A stretch of 64,000 bases of DNA from an uncultured Pseudomonadota bacterium (GCA_963842515.1 CAWJGO010000005.1:641125-705124); one strand, 5' to 3'; shown: positions 35,322 through 44,499, numbered from the stretch's first letter. Made by a program: numbers and translations. The notes: generated by a model not told the origin, from the letters alone.

Positions 35322-37123
35322 ATCCAGCTGAGAATGTCGGGCAGCAGCGCACCACCGTGCGCATCGGAGTGCGCGCCGTCGCCCCACTGGTGCCGCACCT
35401 CGTAGCGGGGGCCGAGCACCTTGTCACGATCGGCCTTGGTGTTGGCGAATTCGAATGCCGAGAGCATTTCCAGATTGGCGAGATACCAGTTGCCGTGTTC
35501 GTTCGACAGGTCCTTCTCGCCGTCCTGTAGATAGATGCGGATGGGTTTGATGGGATTCTTGCGGATCAGCGTCGGATACAGATCCCCGCCCGGAACCATG
35601 GGTTTGCCATCCACGGCAGGCTGGTAGCCGATCGAGGTGTAGCTGCCGATCATGCTGATGACACGGCGGAATGCATCGGGGCGTTGCCAGGCGACGGTGA
35701 ATGCGGCGATGGCGCCGCTCGACGTGCCGCCGATGGCCCGTTTCTCCGGGTCGTCGGTGAGTTGGTATTTCTTGCCCACCTCCGGAAGCATCTCGTCGAT
35801 CAGGAAACGTGCGTAGGTATCGTTGAGCGCGTCGTACTCGTCCTTGCGGTGATTCGGATTGCGCATCTCCAGATCCGTCGGGTAGGTCTCGCTGAGATTT
35901 CCCGGGGTGATGAAGATGCCGATGGTGACGGGCATCTTGCCCTTGGCAATGAGGTTCTCCATGACCTGCGGCAACCTCAGCGGGCCATTCGGATTCGTGG
36001 CGCGCTGCCCATCCTGGAAGACGAGCACGTTGGCGGGCTGCGGCTTCTTGTCGTTGTACTGCGCCGGCACGAATATCCAGTAGCGGCGCACCGTGCCTTC
36101 GATGATCTTGCTGCGGAACTCGAACGGCCCTTCGAGCCGGCCTTTCGGAACGCCCTCCTGCGGCAGCGCTTCGGCACTGACCGGATAGTCGCCCGGACGG
36201 CGCATCGCCGGTTTCGCGCCTTCGGCGAACTTGCAGTCTTCGGGAACCGACTTGACGTAGTAGCGTTTGTAGTTAGTGGCTGCCTTGTCCATGCAGCCGG
36301 CGAGGTTCAGCAACTCCACCTTGCGGAAGTCGATCGGATGCGATTCGCTCTGCAGCGATATGTAGCCGCCCTCGATGAGCCTGCCATCGATCTTGGTGGT
36401 GGCGTCGTAGTTGTCGACCTGGCCTCCGCCATACTGCGGCACCGAGTATTCGAGCACCTTCTGGCCATTGGCGTAGTGCGTGATGGTCCCTGAGCCATGC
36501 ACCACCATTTCGGCGCGCACCCACTGCTCACCGTCGAAGGTGGGCGAGCTGGAGTTCAGGCAATGGTCTTTGTAGATAGTCCCCTGGTAGACGACTTCCG
36601 TGCCGGGACTGCACATGTTGGCGGTGGAGCGGGCTTTGCCGTCGCTGTTGCCGCCGAGGAATTGCGCCTCGATGGATATCGGAAACGTCTGGCCGCGCGG
36701 CATGGTGCGCGGATCGGGCGAATGCAGCATGGCGCCGCTGTTGCGCAGTGCCCAGGCCCCCGGATGGCCCGGCGCCTGGCTTCCCACGAAGCGGTATTCG
36801 ACCACCAGGCGGTAGTAGGAATAGGGATCTTTATAGAAGAGATGACCGAACCGGCCGTCGAAGCCCTTGTATTTGTCGTAGCGGACCTTGAGCAGCCCGT
36901 CCTCGACACGGAACGTGTTGCCGAAATTGTCGCCGAGCTCGTGTTTGGCGATCTTCGGCGTCCAGCCCTTCAGGTCCTTGCCGTTGAACAGCACTATCCA
37001 GTCTTCTTTTTCCGCGTCGGCCACTCCATTGGAAGCAGGGGCCACCGCCGTTTGCGCGTTGGCGGCAAAAGCGAAGAAGGCGAGCAGTGCGCCGAGCGCG
37101 AGTTGATTCAAAGCCATGTTCAT
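35306..37123 (-). CDS. Secreted DUF1080 (3-keto-disaccharide hydrolase family) domain fused to an alpha/beta esterase
   Basis: A signal peptide is present. DUF1080 features are DWIVLFNGKDLKGWTPK...FRVEDGLLKV...SLQSESHPIDFRKVELLNL. The esterase half has GTSSG (GxSxG). Confidence 0.85.
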   Translation of the reverse strand: MNMALNQLALGALLAFFAFAANAQTAVAPASNGVADAEKEDWIVLFNGKDLKGWTPKIAKHELGDNFGNTFRVEDGLLKVRYDKYKGFDGRFGHLFYKDPYSYYRLVVEYRFVGSQAPGHPGAWALRNSGAMLHSPDPRTMPRGQTFPISIEAQFLGGNSDGKARSTANMCSPGTEVVYQGTIYKDHCLNSSSPTFDGEQWVRAEMVVHGSGTITHYANGQKVLEYSVPQYGGGQVDNYDATTKIDGRLIEGGYISLQSESHPIDFRKVELLNLAGCMDKAATNYKRYYVKSVPEDCKFAEGAKPAMRRPGDYPVSAEALPQEGVPKGRLEGPFEFRSKIIEGTVRRYWIFVPAQYNDKKPQPANVLVFQDGQRATNPNGPLRLPQVMENLIAKGKMPVTIGIFITPGNLSETYPTDLEMRNPNHRKDEYDALNDTYARFLIDEMLPEVGKKYQLTDDPEKRAIGGTSSGAIAAFTVAWQRPDAFRRVISMIGSYTSIGYQPAVDGKPMVPGGDLYPTLIRKNPIKPIRIYLQDGEKDLSNEHGNWYLANLEMLSAFEFANTKADRDKVLGPRYEVRHQWGDGAHSDAHGGALLPDILSWIWRND

Positions 37124-38784
37124 TCCTGTCTGGCGAAGGGGCCTAACACCGTGCCGACAAATCCGCCGGCGACTTCGGTGCTCAATATCGAACCATCGTC
37201 GTTTTCACGTAGCGCCTTCCATCCCTGGCCGGCGTCGTAATAAAAAGAATATTTGCCGCCGTCACCCGAAATCCGCAGCCGCAACGATGTCGGCGTTGAG
37301 GGCAGCACCTTGGCCATGTTTTCGCTGCTGCCGGCGTGTTTTTCGAGAAAGACGATCCAGCCGTCCTTCACGCGGGTCGTGCCGAGAAAATACGAGTTGT
37401 TTTCGTTCTGAAACGCCGCGAGCCCCGCGCTGACGCCGGCGGGCGGCGGGGTGAGCTCGGTGCTCGCCTCGAACTTCGTGTGTTGCTGGCGGCGCGCGAG
37501 GAAGGAGACATTGCGCTTGTCAGAGAGTCGACCTTTCAGCGCGCGAACCTGCAGCGCGCCACCCTGCACGTCGAACCACGTCTCCTTCGGAACATGAACC
37601 TGTAGCCACTCAGGGCCGGGCTTGCCGTCGAACTCATCGCGCTTCGTGAAATTGCCCGAGAGTGCGTCCGATGTGACTGCTGCGCTGCCTTTCATGACCC
37701 TCGGGGCGCGCAGTGTCGTCGGTATTGTCTTGCCGTGCTCGAGGATCACCGGCCATCCGTTTTTCCACGTGACTGGTAACAGAAAAGTTTCGCGGCCGGT
37801 GTTGTACCGATCACCCTCATAGGGCCGCGAAGCGAGGAACACCGCCCACCAGCTGCCATCCTTCAGCTCGATGAGATCCGCGTGACCGGCGTTGCTGATC
37901 GGATTGGCGCGATCCGCGGGCAGGTCACGCTGGGTGAGGATGGGGTTGCCGGAATAGGGTTCGAACGGCCCCCACGGCGACTTGCTGCGGAAAATAACTA
38001 CGGAATGTCCGGGTCCCGTACCGCCCTCGGCACACAGGAGATAGTAGGCGCCCTTGATGCGGTATAGATGCGGTCCTTCGATCCAGATCGGCTTCTTCGA
38101 GATGTCGGCGCCGCCGTTCACGACGATCTTGCGCGGGCCGAAAAGTTTGTTGGTCTTGAGATTGAACTCCTGCATCCAGATCGCACGATGACCTTCATAC
38201 TGCGGCGCGCCTTCGGGTGCCCCGTTGTTGTAAATGTAGGCTTTGCCATCATCGTCGAAGAAGAACGAGGGATCGATGCCGTCGATCTCCTTGAGCCAGA
38301 CAGGGTCGGACCACGGGCCCGCCGGGTCTTTCGCGGTGACGAAGAAGTTGCCGCCCGCATCGACCAGCGTGTTGACGATGTAGTACGTGCCTTGGTGAAA
38401 GTGAATCGACGGAGCGAACACACCGCGTGAAGTATTCAACCCGTCGAAGGTGATCTTTGCCGGATCGCTCAACGCGTGGCCGATCAGTTTCCAATGCACG
38501 AGATCGGTGCTTTCGTGGATCGGAATACCGGGCCAGTGCGCGAATGTGGAATTGACGAGATAGGCCTTGTCGCCCGCGAGAACCACGCTCGGATCGGGAT
38601 AGTAGCCGGCGAGAATCGGGTTGTGGAATTCGCCGGACGCCAGGGGCGCGGAATAGATCGTGTCCTGGCCGGTGTATTCGAACCACTGAAACTTGACGGC
38701 ATCCGCTGCCGCAGCCGGGACGGCCGCGAGCGCGGCTAACAACATGCTGAATCTCAAAGGGCCCCCCAAGAGCTGCAACTTCAT
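37120..38784 (-). CDS. Glycoside hydrolase family 43 (beta-xylosidase/alpha-L-arabinofuranosidase-like), secreted
   Basis: FHNPILAGYYPDPSVVLAGDKAYLVNSTFAHWPGIPIHESTDLVHW. A signal peptide is present. There are 4-nt overlaps at both ends. Confidence 0.9.
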   Translation of the reverse strand: MKLQLLGGPLRFSMLLAALAAVPAAAADAVKFQWFEYTGQDTIYSAPLASGEFHNPILAGYYPDPSVVLAGDKAYLVNSTFAHWPGIPIHESTDLVHWKLIGHALSDPAKITFDGLNTSRGVFAPSIHFHQGTYYIVNTLVDAGGNFFVTAKDPAGPWSDPVWLKEIDGIDPSFFFDDDGKAYIYNNGAPEGAPQYEGHRAIWMQEFNLKTNKLFGPRKIVVNGGADISKKPIWIEGPHLYRIKGAYYLLCAEGGTGPGHSVVIFRSKSPWGPFEPYSGNPILTQRDLPADRANPISNAGHADLIELKDGSWWAVFLASRPYEGDRYNTGRETFLLPVTWKNGWPVILEHGKTIPTTLRAPRVMKGSAAVTSDALSGNFTKRDEFDGKPGPEWLQVHVPKETWFDVQGGALQVRALKGRLSDKRNVSFLARRQQHTKFEASTELTPPPAGVSAGLAAFQNENNSYFLGTTRVKDGWIVFLEKHAGSSENMAKVLPSTPTSLRLRISGDGGKYSFYYDAGQGWKALRENDDGSILSTEVAGGFVGTVLGPFARQE

Positions 38785-39302
38785 CCGTCCACCGGCGTGG
38801 CCGGCGTCGCGAGTATGCGCTGATAGAACGCGAGGTCCAGCCAGCGGCCAAACTTGAATCCTGCCTGCTTTACGGTGCCGCAGTGGGTGAATCCCAGCCG
38901 CTCGTGCAGCCTGATGCTCACCGCGTTCGAAGCATCGATGCCGCCCACCATGCAGTGGTAGTCCTGTCGGACTGCCGCGGCGACGATGGCTTCCAGCAGC
39001 ACGGCGCCGTGGCCCTGGCCGCGAAAACGTGTGTCCATATATATGGAGTGCTCCACGGTGTACTTGTACGCCGGGCGCTCGCGGAACATGCCGTAGGTGG
39101 CGAAGCCCAGCAGCTCACCGGCATCGTTCTCGAGGCCTATGACGGGATAGCGCCGCTGTTTCTTGGTGGCGAACCAGCCCACCATGCTGTCGGCTGCACG
39201 CAGCTCATAGTCGTACAGCGCCGTGGAATTGGCGATGGCTTCGTTGAAGATCTCGAGAATTGGCGCGGAATGACGGTGCGGATCGCAGTCGACGAGTCTC
39301 AT
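38781..39302 (-). CDS. GNAT N-acetyltransferase of the phosphinothricin/methionine-sulfoximine acetyltransferase (PAT/MddA-like) type
   Basis: Start at MRLVDCDP (39302). ILEIFNEAIANSTALYDYE...FRERPAYKYTVEHSIYM...GQGHGAVLL...FKFGRWLDLAFYQ matches the PAT pattern. Confidence 0.9.
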   Translation of the reverse strand: MRLVDCDPHRHSAPILEIFNEAIANSTALYDYELRAADSMVGWFATKKQRRYPVIGLENDAGELLGFATYGMFRERPAYKYTVEHSIYMDTRFRGQGHGAVLLEAIVAAAVRQDYHCMVGGIDASNAVSIRLHERLGFTHCGTVKQAGFKFGRWLDLAFYQRILATPATPVDG

Positions 39303-39589
39303 GCCGGCACTCCTGCAACGCTCCTGCGCCGGCGGCCTGGCGCGGCGCGGAAGGCGGCCGCCATGGCTTCGCGCAGCGGCTTGGGCCCGCATTGCACCGT
39401 GACTAGCTCGAGGTATTTCGCATTGGTGAGCCCGCGGCCGCTGAGCGACGTGCCGAAGCGCAGACCTTTGAGGCGTGCCAGCGATTCGAGCGAATCGGCG
39501 GGTCGCGACGCGGCGAGCGCGGGCCATGACAGTGCTGCGGCGCATGTACCCGACCAGCTGGTTTGCAGGAATTGGCGGCGTGACCTCAT
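39299..39589 (-). pseudogene. Short Tat-signal ORF; possible N-terminal remnant of a GH10-like xylanase
   Basis: MRSRRQFLQTS...ALAAS then LARLKGLRFGTSLSGRGLTNAKYLELVTVQ resembles the start of GH10 catalytic domains but ends after ~96 aa. Both ends overlap neighbouring genes by 4 nt. Confidence 0.3.
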
Positions 39590-40422
39590 CGGCGGTCCTC
39601 GGCCTTCAAGAAATCGGCGAATTCGCCGCTGGACATCGATTCGTCGAGATAGCCGAAAGTGCCGGACTTTCGAATCTCGCGCGCGGCATCGGCGAGCCCG
39701 GTCATGGCGGCGCGATACAACGACGTGGCGAGGCTGATGCGGCGCACGCCGGCTTCCGTGAGTTCCGCCACGGAAAATGATTTGCCGCGAATGCCGACCA
39801 TGAAGTTCACGGGCTTGCTCACCGAAGAGCACACCGTGCGCACCGCGGCTAGGTCGGGCAGGCCGGGGGCGAACAACACATCGGCACCGACGCGTTCGTA
39901 GGCCTGGAGTCGTTTGATGGTGTCATCGAGATCAGGCCTGCCGTGTAGATAGTTCTCGGCGCGCGCGGTCAGCGTGAATGGAAAAGACAACGCGCGCGCC
40001 GCCTGCACGGCCGCGGCGACGCGCTCCGTGGCGAATCCGATGTCGAAGATGGGCGCTTCCTTGCGGCCGGTGGCATCTTCGATGGAGCCGCCGACCAGCC
40101 CGCTGGCCGCCGCCAGACTGATCGCCTTGGCCGTTGCGGCGGGGGCGTCGCCAAAACCTTTTTCGAGGTCGGCGGAAACGGGCACCGTGGTCGCGCCGCA
40201 GATAATGCGCGCCTGGGCCATGGCCTCGTCGATGGAGACATTCCCGTCGAGGCGGCCGAGAGTACCTGCCGATGCACCGCTGGAAGTGGCGAGCGCCGGA
40301 AACCCGAGCGCCGTGAGAATGCGCGCCGAGCCACCGTCCCAGCAATTGGCGATTACGAAGGTGCCGCTGGTGTGTAACGCGCGAAAGCGTTGTGCGCGTT
40401 CCGCCTGAGCCTTGTCGTCCAT
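39586..40422 (-). CDS. Isocitrate lyase/PEP mutase superfamily protein (uncharacterised subfamily)
   Basis: Start at MDDKAQAERAQRFRALH (GGAGG upstream). FVIANCWDGGSARILTALGFPALATSS...VSADLEKGFG...GGSIEDATG. It lacks the KRCGH of true (methyl)isocitrate lyases. Confidence 0.85.
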   Translation of the reverse strand: MDDKAQAERAQRFRALHTSGTFVIANCWDGGSARILTALGFPALATSSGASAGTLGRLDGNVSIDEAMAQARIICGATTVPVSADLEKGFGDAPAATAKAISLAAASGLVGGSIEDATGRKEAPIFDIGFATERVAAAVQAARALSFPFTLTARAENYLHGRPDLDDTIKRLQAYERVGADVLFAPGLPDLAAVRTVCSSVSKPVNFMVGIRGKSFSVAELTEAGVRRISLATSLYRAAMTGLADAAREIRKSGTFGYLDESMSSGEFADFLKAEDRR

Positions 40423-40561
40423 GCCACCTCCGCGTTGCGAGGAACGAAGTCTAGCGAGTGCGTGTGCCGGCGTAATGCATGACTTCCTGGAACGTGGCCA
40501 CCCAGACTTCGGCAGGCCTTCGCAACCAGTCCAGCAGCTTTTCGAGATTGTACAGACATCA

Positions 40562-40599
40562 GGTCTGACCCCTTTTGCTAGGAAATGGGGTCTGACCCC
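40562..40599. repeat. Short intergenic repeat element (direct GGTCTGACCCC x2 around TTTTGCTAGGAAAT)
   Basis: GGTCTGACCCC-TTTTGCTAGGAAAT-GGGGTCTGACCCC lies directly 3' of stop 40601. The 18-mer CCCCTTTTGCTAGGAAAT (40569-40586) is the exact reverse complement of 60464-60481. Confidence 0.7.
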
Positions 40600-40600
40600 A

Positions 40601-41734
40601 TTAGTCGAGGCGCTTCTTGAAGCGCGCGACGGCGATCGCGAGCATGACGGTGAGAAACACCGCGAGCTTGGCGAGTTGCGGCCACACCTCGGGCAGGTCT
40701 GCGCCACGCAGCATGATGCCGCGGATGATCACGTTGAAATGCGTGAGCGGCAACACCTGCGCAACCCATTGCGCGACCACGGGCATGCCCTCGAACGGGA
40801 ACATGAATCCCGACAGCAGAATGGACGGCAGCAGGGTGACGAAGGCGAGCTGGAACGCCTGGAACTGGGTCTGCGCCAGCGTGGAGACGAACAGGCCGAG
40901 GCCCAAAGTGGCGGCGATGAACATCAGTGTCGCCGCATAGAGATTGGCGAGATTGCCGACCACCGGCACGTTGAAGAGCGCCGAACCCACGATCATGATG
41001 AGCGTGGTCTGGATCAGGCCGATGACCACATACGGCAGTAGTTTGCCCACCATGAGCTCGAGCCGCCCGAGCGGCGTGGCGATCAATAGCTCGAGGTTGC
41101 CGCGTTCGCGTTCGCGCACGATGGCTCCCGAGGTGAACAGCACCATGGTCATGGAGAGAATCACGCCGATGAGCGCCGGCACGATCTGCACGGCGGTGCG
41201 CTTCTCCGGGTTGTACAGCGTGCGTATCTCGATGCGCCGCGGTGTCATGCGCTTGCCACCGGCATAGGGTCCCTGCCCGTGGCGCGCGAGCACCGGCATG
41301 GCGGCGATGCCGGCCGCGACTCCGGCGAGACTGGGCTGCGAGCCGTCGACGAGAATCTGCACCACGGGGCGGGTGTCGGACTGCAGGCGGCGTTCGAAAT
41401 CTTTCGGGATCACCACCGCCATGCTGGCGCGGCCCTCGCGCATGAGTGCCGCGATCTCATCGGAGGAGTTGGTGGTATAGCTGACGTGTACCACCTGTGT
41501 GGCCTTGAGCTGCGCGATGAACTCGCGCGACATCGACGTGTTGGCGTCATCCTGCACGACCGTGGCCAGGTTGCGCACGTCGAAGTTGATGGCATAGCCG
41601 AACAGTATGATCTGCATCATCGGCACGCCGACGATCATGCCGAAGGTGACGCGGTCGCGGGACAGCTGCCGCACCTCCTTGGTGGCGACTGCAAACAGGC
41701 GTCGCAGTGATGCCCGTACCCTGTTAGTTGCCAC
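40601..41734 (-). CDS. ABC-2 type transporter permease (YhhJ/YbhR-like)
   Basis: 377 aa. An N-terminal TM segment and a large periplasmic loop are followed by 5 C-terminal TM segments. Confidence 0.9.
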   Translation of the reverse strand: MATNRVRASLRRLFAVATKEVRQLSRDRVTFGMIVGVPMMQIILFGYAINFDVRNLATVVQDDANTSMSREFIAQLKATQVVHVSYTTNSSDEIAALMREGRASMAVVIPKDFERRLQSDTRPVVQILVDGSQPSLAGVAAGIAAMPVLARHGQGPYAGGKRMTPRRIEIRTLYNPEKRTAVQIVPALIGVILSMTMVLFTSGAIVRERERGNLELLIATPLGRLELMVGKLLPYVVIGLIQTTLIMIVGSALFNVPVVGNLANLYAATLMFIAATLGLGLFVSTLAQTQFQAFQLAFVTLLPSILLSGFMFPFEGMPVVAQWVAQVLPLTHFNVIIRGIMLRGADLPEVWPQLAKLAVFLTVMLAIAVARFKKRLD

Positions 41735-42680
41735 GTTTTTCGGGCCTCGTCGCCACCACGAACACGTCTTCGAGGCTCGCGGACGTTCGCGCGATCTGGC
41801 CGCCGATGCCGTGTTGCGCCAGCAGCGCGCGCAGCTTGGATTCGGCGTCGTTTTCGCCGCGCTTCACCAGCACGCGCAGGCGAATGCCCAGCTGTGTGAC
41901 GCCGTGCACCCAGGGCAGCGCGCGGACGAGCTTGGGTGCCTCGCTGCCATCGGCGCCCTCGATTTCGTAGATGTCCGCCTCGACGCCGTTCATGAGCGCC
42001 CGCGGTGTTCCTTCGGCGACCACGCGCCCTTCGGCAAGAATCGCCAGCCCGTGGCAGCGCTCGGCCTCGTCCATGTAGTGCGTGGAGACGAGGATCGTGG
42101 CGCCGGCGTCGGCGAGTCGAAACAAACCGTCCCAGAAATCGCGCCGGCTCTGTGGATCGACGGCGCTGGTGGGCTCATCGAGCAGCAGCAGCTCTGGCTC
42201 ATGCAGCGTCGCTGCCGCGAGCGCCAGGCGCTGCTTCTGCCCGCCGCTCATCGTGCCGGCGCGTTGCCTGCGCAATTTGTCGAGGTTGTAGGTGGCGCGT
42301 GCCGCGGCGATGCGCGCCTCCATGTCGCCTTCGAGGCCATAGAGGTCGGCGATGAAGCGCAGGTTCTCATCGCAAGTCAGGTCTTCCCACAGCGAAAACT
42401 TCTGCGGCATGTAGCCGAGGCGGCGCCGGATCGCTTCGGCATCTTTCACCACGGACAGGCCGAACACTTCGGCGTGGCCTTCACTCGGCAGCAGCATGCC
42501 GCAGAGCATGCGCAGCGTGGTCGACTTTCCCGAGCCGTTCGGGCCGAGGAAGCCGTAGATGCGTCCCGAAGGAATGTCGAGGTCGATGTGATCCACCGCG
42601 ACCTTGTCGCCGAACCTCCGCGTGAGCTGCCGAGCCGCGATTGCCGTTCCGCCACCGCCGATCAGGGAGTCGCCGTTCAC
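41724..42680 (-). CDS. ABC transporter ATP-binding protein
   Basis: Walker A GPNGSGKST, signature MSGGQKQRL, Walker B LLLLDEP. Confidence 0.95.
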   Translation of the reverse strand: MNGDSLIGGGGTAIAARQLTRRFGDKVAVDHIDLDIPSGRIYGFLGPNGSGKSTTLRMLCGMLLPSEGHAEVFGLSVVKDAEAIRRRLGYMPQKFSLWEDLTCDENLRFIADLYGLEGDMEARIAAARATYNLDKLRRQRAGTMSGGQKQRLALAAATLHEPELLLLDEPTSAVDPQSRRDFWDGLFRLADAGATILVSTHYMDEAERCHGLAILAEGRVVAEGTPRALMNGVEADIYEIEGADGSEAPKLVRALPWVHGVTQLGIRLRVLVKRGENDAESKLRALLAQHGIGGQIARTSASLEDVFVVATRPEKRGN

Positions 42681-43642
42681 GGCGCGCCGAGCTCCAGCGA
42701 GACGTCCACCGGTACGCCCGAGGGCAGAGACACATCGCCGGCGTCATCGAAAACCACTTCGGCGAGAAACGACAGACGCGAGCGGTCGGCCGCGGTGAGC
42801 GAGTAGTAAGGTGTGAATTCCGCTTCGCTGGCGATGAAACGCACCTGCCCCTTGAAGTCGCGGTCGATGCCATCGACGCGCAGCGTCGCCGGTGTGCCGA
42901 TCTTCACTTTCGCGCGGATCGGCTCGGGCACGTGCACGCGCGCGAAGGGCGCCGTGCTCGCGAGCAGCACGGCCACGGTCGCGCCACGCGCCGGTTTCTC
43001 GCCGACATGAAACGGCAAGGAGTCGATCGTGCCGGCGATCGGTGAGCGGACTTCCAGACGCGCCGACGTCGTTTCGAGGCCGGCGAGATTGGCTCGCGCA
43101 CTGTCGGCCGCCTGGCGTGCCTGTGCCAATTGCTCAGCCCGCGTGCCTTCCTGAAGTTCGCGCAGATCCGCTTCGGCTTCATGCAGGGCTGCTTCTGCGG
43201 AAGCAGCCGCGGACACCTGGCGGTCCGCCGCGGATTTGCTGACCAGGCTGCGCTCCACCAGCCCCAACAGGCGATCACGCTCACGTACCGCATCGTCGCG
43301 CTGGGCACGGGCTGCGTCGCGGCGCGCGGCGGCGGCGCGAATGGTGGTGTTACGCGGACCATTCTTGAGTTCTTCGACGCGTGCCTCGGCTTCCGCGAGC
43401 TGCGCGCGGGAGGCGTCGAGCTCGGCCGCAGACAGCGCGCGATCCTGTACCACGACGATGTCGTTGGGCTTCACCGTGGAGCCCTCCGCGAGCGGCAGCG
43501 AGACGATGGTTTCGTTGGCGTCCGCGACCAGCTCGACGCGATCCCGCTCGAGCGTCCCGGGCAAGGTGTTCTCATCGTGACGCGCGCACGCGGCCAGGGC
43601 GAGAAGGCCTGACAAGACGATGCCGGCGCGCCGCGCCATCAT
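42677..43642 (-). CDS. HlyD-family membrane fusion/periplasmic adaptor lipoprotein
   Basis: Start at MMARRAGIVLSGLLALAAC (43642), directly after the nadC stop. It has a coiled-coil middle and a beta-barrel C-terminus. The ORF-track extension to 44110 is antisense/off-frame to nadC. Confidence 0.85.
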   Translation of the reverse strand: MMARRAGIVLSGLLALAACARHDENTLPGTLERDRVELVADANETIVSLPLAEGSTVKPNDIVVVQDRALSAAELDASRAQLAEAEARVEELKNGPRNTTIRAAAARRDAARAQRDDAVRERDRLLGLVERSLVSKSAADRQVSAAASAEAALHEAEADLRELQEGTRAEQLAQARQAADSARANLAGLETTSARLEVRSPIAGTIDSLPFHVGEKPARGATVAVLLASTAPFARVHVPEPIRAKVKIGTPATLRVDGIDRDFKGQVRFIASEAEFTPYYSLTAADRSRLSFLAEVVFDDAGDVSLPSGVPVDVSLELGAP

Positions 43643-44490
43643 GTGAACTCGAAGCGCATCGACAGGTCGACCGCCTGCACGTGTTTGGTGATGCCGCCGA
43701 TGGATATGTAGTCGACCCCGGTGAGCGCGATCTCCCGCACCGTGGCCAATGTGACGCTGCCGGACGCCTCGAGTTTGCACGGGCTGCCGCTGATGCGATT
43801 GCGCCGCACCGCTTCGCGCATGTCGTCGAGCGAAATCTCGTCGAGCATGATGATGTCGGCGCGTGCCGCCAGCGCCTCGGCGAATTCCGCGAGCGACTCC
43901 ACCTCGACTTCGACGCGGATGCCAGGTGAAGTTCGTCGGGCGGTGGCGACCGCAGCGGTGATCGAGCCGGCGGCGATGATGTGGTTTTCCTTGATGAGCA
44001 CCATGTCGTGCAGCCCGAGTCGATGGTTTTCTGCGCCGCCGCAGCGCGAAGCGTATTTCTGTGCGAGCCGCAGGCCGGGGAGGGTCTTGCGGGTATCGAG
44101 TATGCGGCACCCGGTGCCGGCCACTGCGTCCACGTAACGGCTGGCTGCCGTGGCGGTGCCGGACAGGGTCTGCAGGAAGTTGAGTGCGGTACGTTCACCG
44201 GTAAGGATCGGCCGCGCCGGGCCCGACAGGCGCAGCACCGGCATGTCGGCCGCGAGCTTCCCGCCATCCGTGACCAGCCATTCGAGGAGGATGGCCGTAT
44301 CGAGTTGTTTGAAGGTCGCGTCGGCCCAGTCGGTGCCGCAGAAAATCGCAGGTTCGCGCGCCAGAATTTGCGCGCGAACCTGCTGCGAGGCTGGAACCAG
44401 TGCGGCGGTGACGTCGCCCGCACCCAAGTCTTCGGCGAGCGCGGCTGCGACCTGCCGCGCAACGACGTCGCTTAAGACCCGCTCTTTCAA
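43639..44490 (-). CDS. nadC: Nicotinate-nucleotide diphosphorylase (quinolinate phosphoribosyltransferase)
   Basis: 283 aa. Motifs: ERTALNFLQTLSGTAT, RKTLPGLR, KENHI and MLDE. Confidence 0.95.
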   Translation of the reverse strand: MKERVLSDVVARQVAAALAEDLGAGDVTAALVPASQQVRAQILAREPAIFCGTDWADATFKQLDTAILLEWLVTDGGKLAADMPVLRLSGPARPILTGERTALNFLQTLSGTATAASRYVDAVAGTGCRILDTRKTLPGLRLAQKYASRCGGAENHRLGLHDMVLIKENHIIAAGSITAAVATARRTSPGIRVEVEVESLAEFAEALAARADIIMLDEISLDDMREAVRRNRISGSPCKLEASGSVTLATVREIALTGVDYISIGGITKHVQAVDLSMRFEFT

Positions 44491-44499
44491 CCTAGGCGA

